A stretch of 64,000 nt of DNA from the human T2T-CHM13v2.0 reference genome, Homo sapiens: NCBI RefSeq assembly GCF_009914755.1, contig NC_060927.1. The stretch is one strand, 5' to 3'. Of this stretch, positions 57,031 through 64,000 are shown piece after piece (the first letter of the stretch is position 1; each line of letters begins with the position of its first letter). A program made the translations under genes and the position numbers. The notes beneath the pieces are model-generated. The model saw only the letters and a list, made by a program, of their open reading frames with translations, did not search any database and had not been told where the DNA came from.

Positions 57031-57614
57031 ATGTCACCACCACAAAAAAGCATAAATTCTGGTGCTATACCTAACTTTATATCCCAATTTTGCCATTTAT
57101 TAGTTGTGTGAACATGTTAGGCATCATCTTTTGTTAAGTTGAAGAATATACAAATTGAACTTGACTGGTTTTGGCAAAAATCATGGACTTATAAAACTGA
57201 AAACTCTAGACATACACTAGTTTTAAGTATGACTGCATCCTGGTGGTCTAGATCAATTCATCAAAATCATTATTCTAGTCCTCAGTCGTGCTTTCTCCTT
57301 TAATAATTCCATAATACTGCAGGATATTTCCTTATTGTGATAAGGTGGCTGCCAATGGCCAAATGGATTTATCATATCCCCTTAGCAACTATACAGAAAA
57401 AGGTTTACTTTTCCAATAATTCTAATAAATATCTCATCGGGGTTTCATTGTCATTAATTGTTTCATAAATCTGTTCCTAAACCATTCACTGTAATTAAAG
57501 GGAAGGAATCTTTTGAGTATCTACTCCTGAGTTACATGTCTTATCTACATTGCATGTAGCAGTAGAGGCTATTTTCTTAAGAATAATAAGGATTTATAAC
57601 CAGATGAAAGTAGA

Positions 57615-57616
<2 letters not shown>

Positions 57617-57708
<92 letters not shown>

Positions 57709-57716
57709 TGATAGAT

Positions 57717-57758
<42 letters not shown>

Positions 57759-57759
57759 C
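57617..57759. repeat. Compound GATA tetranucleotide STR
   Basis: [AGAT]11 GAT [AGAT]11 ATGAT AGAT GAT [AGAT]9 AGAC. Confidence 0.97.
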
Positions 57760-57953
57760 AAAAAACCTAGATGTATGGTACTCTTTAACAAGTGACTTAC
57801 TCCTCTACTCCTTAGTTTTATCACTTGTAAAATGGATTATAACCACGCTTCAATAATCTTGGCCTCAAAGAGTTGTAAGGAGTGAGTAAAATGATTGACT
57901 TTAGTATTTAATATAGCACCTGCTTTATAGTATTGACTCAAAAATATTAACTA

Positions 57954-58186
<233 letters not shown>

Positions 58187-58298
58187 AGACACTGCCACAA
58201 AAAACAAATTGGTTAACTAGCATTTTTTTGTAATGTGTTAAAATAAAAATACAGGCAAGATGTTTAACCATTATAAACTATTATAAAATATATTTTGA

Positions 58299-58511
<213 letters not shown>

Positions 58512-61155
58512 TAGAAAATGCTTTACTCTTGGCCATGCAGTATGGTGCTCATAATTCTGAATAACTTCATAAGGTTTTGTTGTTTGTTTACTTGGTCATA
58601 TGGTTTACATTGGCAACACTAAAAAATATATAAACCAAAAATAAAGACACTTCCTTTATATATAAAAAGAAATGAAAATATATGATGTATCAGTATGAAT
58701 TCAATTCACTCAGATCCTCTCTCATGCTTTGGCATCAAGAGTTAGAATTCTTTTCCCTGATGACAGCCTTGAGGACCCAGGTTGGCTGTATTAATCAAAA
58801 CCTATTTTGGAACATTCTCCAGTTGAGATAGGTAGCTCATTCCTCCCTCGGTGCTCCTTCCTGGATTTTAGGAGCCTGTTATCCTCCCGTCTTATCAGTA
58901 GAGCAAGAAGAATACCCTCTCTGATGAAGTCACCCCTCCATGTATGCTAGCTTTTCTTACTTCCTTCTCTTCTTCAGCATAGCATACTTTCCTTCTCATT
59001 AGCTACATTTCACAACAAATTTAAACTGTATTGTGATTCTATAGGTTTAGGAAAGTTCTGATAAAGCAGCATGCATCCTGTTTCCAAAACCCACCTGGTC
59101 ACGGCTTAGTACCTGAATTTATGGTATACTCTAAATTCTATAGGCTTGTGAACTCTGACTGAAGAGGTGCTTTCAGAATTACTCAGTCCTAACTCATTTC
59201 ATCCTACTCCCTAGAGTAGCCTTACTTTGGGTTTTGTACTTTATTTTAAATTCATGTTATACTTATGCTCATTTGATATGTCCAAATTTAATTCATCTAA
59301 CTTTCCATGGCATACTTCGACAACTTCCTGTACACTTTGAAGTCTATATGTATTATTTTTAATCTTAAAATTTTCATGTAAAATGCTTATCTAGCTTCTA
59401 GGAAGCTCATCAACAGTACTCAAGAAGAAAAGCACATGAATACAATCTTCAGATTTTCAGTGTTTAAATCATCAAATTATTAGATTTAAAAAAATTCTCC
59501 TTAGGGCATAAGCTAGCTGAATTGATTCCTGTGGTTTGCAACCAAAAGATATCCACTCATTTTTCTGTAATAGATCCAATTTTTGCAATGTGCCAATATG
59601 ACTATTTTAAAAATTTCAATCATTTTCTTATTCTTGAGAGTTAAAGGAGCCACCAAGTAATACAGATTTGATACTGAGAAACATGTAATTGTCTCTAAAT
59701 AATAGCCAATTGTAACATCTTCCCAAAACATACTGAATGATCCTCATTTGCTTAAACCTTAAAACAGCAAAATTTACACACCAATTTCTTCCTGAGGTTA
59801 CTATATAGATTTTTTTTTGGTCCTTAATGTTGCTATTGGAACTCACAAATTGCTTGCAAAGTAATCTCAGCCCAGATGCTCTGTGCCTGACTTGCAAAAT
59901 AGGACCCTTAAAAGCTTTCCCTCACTACCCTTCTCTTTATTTTCTCTGCACTTGTAGTAATAAGGAAAGCAGCAGCTGCTTCCATTGACTGCCTCACGGT
60001 TCCAGAATTATACTGGACAAAGATGATAATGCCCTTCCTATTACCTCTTTGTGGAACATGCAACTAAGTCTGAATGAGAGCAAAGAAAATATCTATGAAA
60101 GTATCTTGCTGATAATTGGATAATTCAAAAGAACTAGTTGTGTCCACACTGCTTAGAGCTCATGGTAACGAAGAGTGTTTTTCCCTCCCTGATATAGAAA
60201 GAAAAAGAGTGAGAGATGTGGATGCACTAATTAAAAAAATAAAACGTGTAGGCCTGCTGTCAGGCCAGAAGGAATTTTAATACACAAACAGTGACTGCAT
60301 GTGTTTGACATACATGGTGACAGTTTGAAAGGCTTTTTACATTCACCACATTTTCATTAAAATTGAGCATGTAAACCAGACATTCTATTACCAGATCATA
60401 AAACCAATATATCCTTGGATGTTTCTTGAAACGAGATTTTCACAAATTTGCAACTCTAAGAATGTAACCTTGGGAAAGGTTCTGAGGGGCCAATCAAAAG
60501 TTAATACAAAAATGTGCTCAAGGAAAAGATTTTTAAGTTAAAACTAAAAAGTTGTTCTATTCCCCCAGACAACATTACTCAATAGAAATAGAATTCCTAA
60601 TTTAGCATGAGGCTAAGAAGTAATCTTACTATTCTAAATATCTACCATATTTTAACAATAATACATTAAGCTTTTAGTTTATAGTAATGTTGGTATATAG
60701 AAGGGCACTAATTGTTTTTAATCTGCTTTTAGGAGACTGATGATTCAATCCAATAGTAACACAAATACATTTCATAATAAATGTAAAGTAAGTTAGATTC
60801 TGAGTCTGTCTGTGATTTTGATCTCATCTTTCTATACATTCTTGTTTCATTTAGAATTACTTCTCTTACATCTGCATTTAATCTGTCCTGCCTCATTGCA
60901 TCTTCTCTTTCATTCAATCAACAACATGGTGGTCTCTTACTTGGCTATGATATTTTTGTAGATTTCATTAACAAAGGATGATATTTTAAAAGAGATTTTT
61001 AGATTAACCAATTATCTTCCCAATAAGTACTTTCTTCCAGTCAATTCACTTAGTTTGAAGTTTTACTTTAAAATGAAATGAAGACCATGTGAAGGATAAA
61101 AGCTAACATAATGGCACCATGCACTCATTATGTAAGATTGTGCTTTTGACATTTG

Positions 61156-61340
61156 CTTTGATGCCAAAGGAAGTTAGTTCCATAGTAACCATAGAAACAG
61201 ATTGTACTACAGATTAGAGCCATTTCTATTAGTGATTGCTAAGGAATATATTTGATGCATTGCAATGAACACTAATTATACCAACTATTTAGCAACAGAC
61301 GTCAAATGGTGTGATTCTGTTTGGGCAGTCGGATTTGCAT
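61156..61340. promoter_or_regulatory. Candidate enhancer motif cluster (RFX X-boxes, TCF, CRE-like, octamer)
   Basis: GTAACCATAGAAAC (61185-61198) overlapping GTTCCATAGTAAC, plus TTGCTAAGG, TAGCAAC, GACGTCA, ATTTGCAT and CTTTGAT in apparently non-repeat DNA. Motif evidence only. Confidence 0.35.
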
Positions 61341-62616
61341 AGTAATTTGAACTCCCCTACACTATTCAAAGTATTAGCTCTCATTGCTTTAATAACAAAT
61401 ACTGACTATGCATCCATATGGGTCCAGGGACTAAACTAATTACTATATGGTGTTAATAGAAAAAATTATTAATAGAGTTGTGAAGGCTGGAAAGGAAATA
61501 TAGAAACTAGAATCTAGTAAAATAAAATTTCAGGAATTGCAAGTAATCTAGCCAGAAATCATACAACTCTGACTTTTAAAATAAGTCCAAGGAGACAGAG
61601 ATAGCCTTTTGAGAAAAGTAGTAGGCACTATCTATTGATTGCAGAGCATATGAAAAGGTCACTACTCCAAAAAACAATGGAGATATTTTAAAATCCCATT
61701 TTTCAAACAACATATAAAGTTACTTCTAAAATTATAGGACTTGATTTTAAGGACAAAACACTCTCTGGGTGGTGGTATCTTGGAGTTTTAAAATCTTGAG
61801 ATTTTTATAATTATTTGACACTCAACTCATAACATTGGATGTAGAATTGGAATGGAAACCTGACATGGGGAGAAGCGACTAGAGGCATTTAAACAGGATA
61901 ACAAAGTGAAATGATGATTTCTTTCTAAATATTCTATGCTAAATATTGAACACAAATTGAACTCAAATAACACTGCAACCCCAACCTTCCACTGTGCCAG
62001 GTGCCGCTAGTTGATCAAAGCCTTCTTTCCCATCAAGCTAAGATGCTCCTCAATCCAAAATTATTGAGCCACTTTTGATGAAAAGAGTTTAAAATTAGTT
62101 GAAACTTATTGAATTGCCCTAGCCTTATCCAGATAACAAGAAAAAAAAGAGGCTTAAATTAATAGTACAGCATTCCCACATATCATCAGACCAGAAATAA
62201 GATGGAATAGGACAGAGCTATCAGAATAATAGAGACTTTTATAAATACTGAGCATTGTGTGTGGCAGCAGAGTGCACAGGTATGCTCAGATATCCTGAGG
62301 TTTAACCAGAAGTTATTATTTTTACTTTTATATGTAACACATGCTAGAAGTTTCCCCTTAGCCTGGACCCTATGATTTTAAAAATATTTTGTCCTTTCAC
62401 TCACTGATCTCCAAATTAATATTGGGCAAATATTTAAAAGATCAACAACTGAATAAAAACCAACTTGTTCTTTCAAACAGAGAGAAAACTATATGTATGA
62501 GAACTTAAGGATTTCTTATTATCACTAGTAGAATCGAAGTCTTATATTTAACAAGTCATAAATGCCCCTACATATTTGCAGATGCTGATTGTTCTTCCCA
62601 TAAATGTTTTACCCAG

Positions 62617-63019
62617 TAATATAGTTTGGCTTTGTGTCCCCACCCAAATCTCATGGTGAAATGTCATCCCCAGTGTTGGGGGAGGGACCCAGTAGGAGGT
62701 GATTGGATCATACAGTGGATTTGCCCCTTGCTGTTCTTATGATAGTGAATGAATTCTCACAAGATCTGGTTGTTTGGAAATAAGTGGCACTTTCCCTTTC
62801 TCTCTCTCTCTCTGTCTCTCTCTCTCTCTCTCTCCTGCCACTGTGTGAAGAAGGTCCTTGCTGTCCCTTCACCTTGTGCCATGATTGGAAGTTTCCTGAG
62901 GCCTCTCAGTCATGGTTCCTGTTAAGCCTATGGAACTGTGAGCCAATCAAACCTCTTTTCTTCATAAATTACTCAGTCTCAGGTCGTTCTTTATAGCAGT
63001 GTGAAAGCAAACTAATACA
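62617..63019 (+). mobile_element. MSTA-like MaLR LTR with internal (CT)n
   Basis: ATATAGTTTGGCTTTGTGTCCCCACCCAAATCTCATG...TTCCTGTTAAGCCT...AACTAATACA, with (TC)n at ~62799-62834. Confidence 0.9.
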
Positions 63020-64000
63020 GAAAATTGGTACTGGGAGTGCGGCATTGCTATAAAGATACCTGAAAATGTGAAAGCAACTTTAGAACTGGGTAACGGCAGC
63101 AGTTTAAACAGTTTGGAGGGCTCAGAAGTCAGGAAGATGTGGAGAAGTTTGGAACTTCTTAGAGACTTGTTGAATGATTTTGACCAAAATGCTGATAGTA
63201 ATATGGACAGTGATAAGTTCTAGGCTGAGGTGGTAACAGAGGGAGATAAAGAATTTATTGGGAACTGAAACAAAGGTTACTCTTGCTATGCTTTAGCAAA
63301 GAGACTGACAGTATTGTGTCTCTACTCTAGGGATCTCTGGAACTTTGAACTTGAGAGAGATGATTTAGGTATCTGGTGGATGAAACTTCTAAGTAGCTAA
63401 GTGTTCAAGATTTGGCCTGGCTGCTCTTAACAGCATATAGTAATATGTGTTCACAAAGAGATAGTCTGAAATTGGAACTTATGTATAAAAGGAAAGCAGA
63501 ACACAAAAGTTTGGAAAATTTGCAGCATGACCATGCCCATTTTCTGGGGAAAAATTCAAGCCAGCCATAGAAATTTGCATGAGTGAAGATAAACTGAAAT
63601 TTAATAGCCAAGACAATGGAGAAAATGTCTCCAGGTCATGTCAGAGACCTTCACAGCAGCCCCTCCCATCAAAGGCCTGGAGGCCTAGGGGCAAGAAAAG
63701 TGGTTTTGAGGGTCAGGCCCAGGGCCCCACTGCTCTGTGGAGCCTTGAGCTCCAGCCGTGGCTAAAAGGGGCCAAGGTACAGTTCATGCCATGGCTTCAG
63801 AAGGTGTAAGCCCTAAGCCTTGGCAGCTTCCAAGCTTGGGAAGCTGTGGGGCCTGCAGGTGTACAGAAGACAAGAGTTGAGGTTTGGAGCTTCTGCCTAG
63901 ATTTCAGATGATGTACAGAAACACCTGAATGTCCAGGCAGAAATCTGCTGCAGGGACAGACCCTCATGAAGAACCTCTACTAGGATAGTGCAAAGGGGAA
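63020..64000 (+). mobile_element. MST internal sequence (runs off the window)
   Basis: GAAAATTGGTAC...GCTATAAAGATACCTGAAAATGTG, homologous to the THE1-int at 2438-3626. Confidence 0.9.

Overview
AT-rich, repeat-dense primate (human-like) genomic DNA with no supportable protein-coding gene, RNA gene or CRISPR array. The longer listed ORFs derive from L1, Alu, MaLR/ERVL or satellite sequence, and the rest are short and unsupported. The dominant feature is a ~22.7 kb single-orientation block of divergent ~171-bp alpha satellite (about 28268-51003, roughly 120 monomers, no CENP-B boxes seen). It carries two AluY-like insertions and one L1PA3-like insertion, and has ordinary interspersed-repeat DNA on both sides. 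Its left edge abuts the ORF2 region of an old minus-strand L1 and its right edge abuts the 5'UTR of an old minus-strand L1, so the array may sit inside a single L1. Shared variants inside the array point to fossil multi-monomer duplications (about 10-mer, 15-mer and dimer periods) and a patchwork right terminus. The flanks contain THE1, MST and MLT elements, a MER9 solo LTR, an ERVL pol remnant with a 77-bp inverted duplication, a twin-primed L1, a three-arm Alu, a 101-bp templated duplication, a compound GATA STR and a candidate RFX motif cluster. I see no evidence for a new protein-based system; the interesting signals are structural and evolutionary. Repeat subfamily calls come from recalled consensus sequences, not from a database search.
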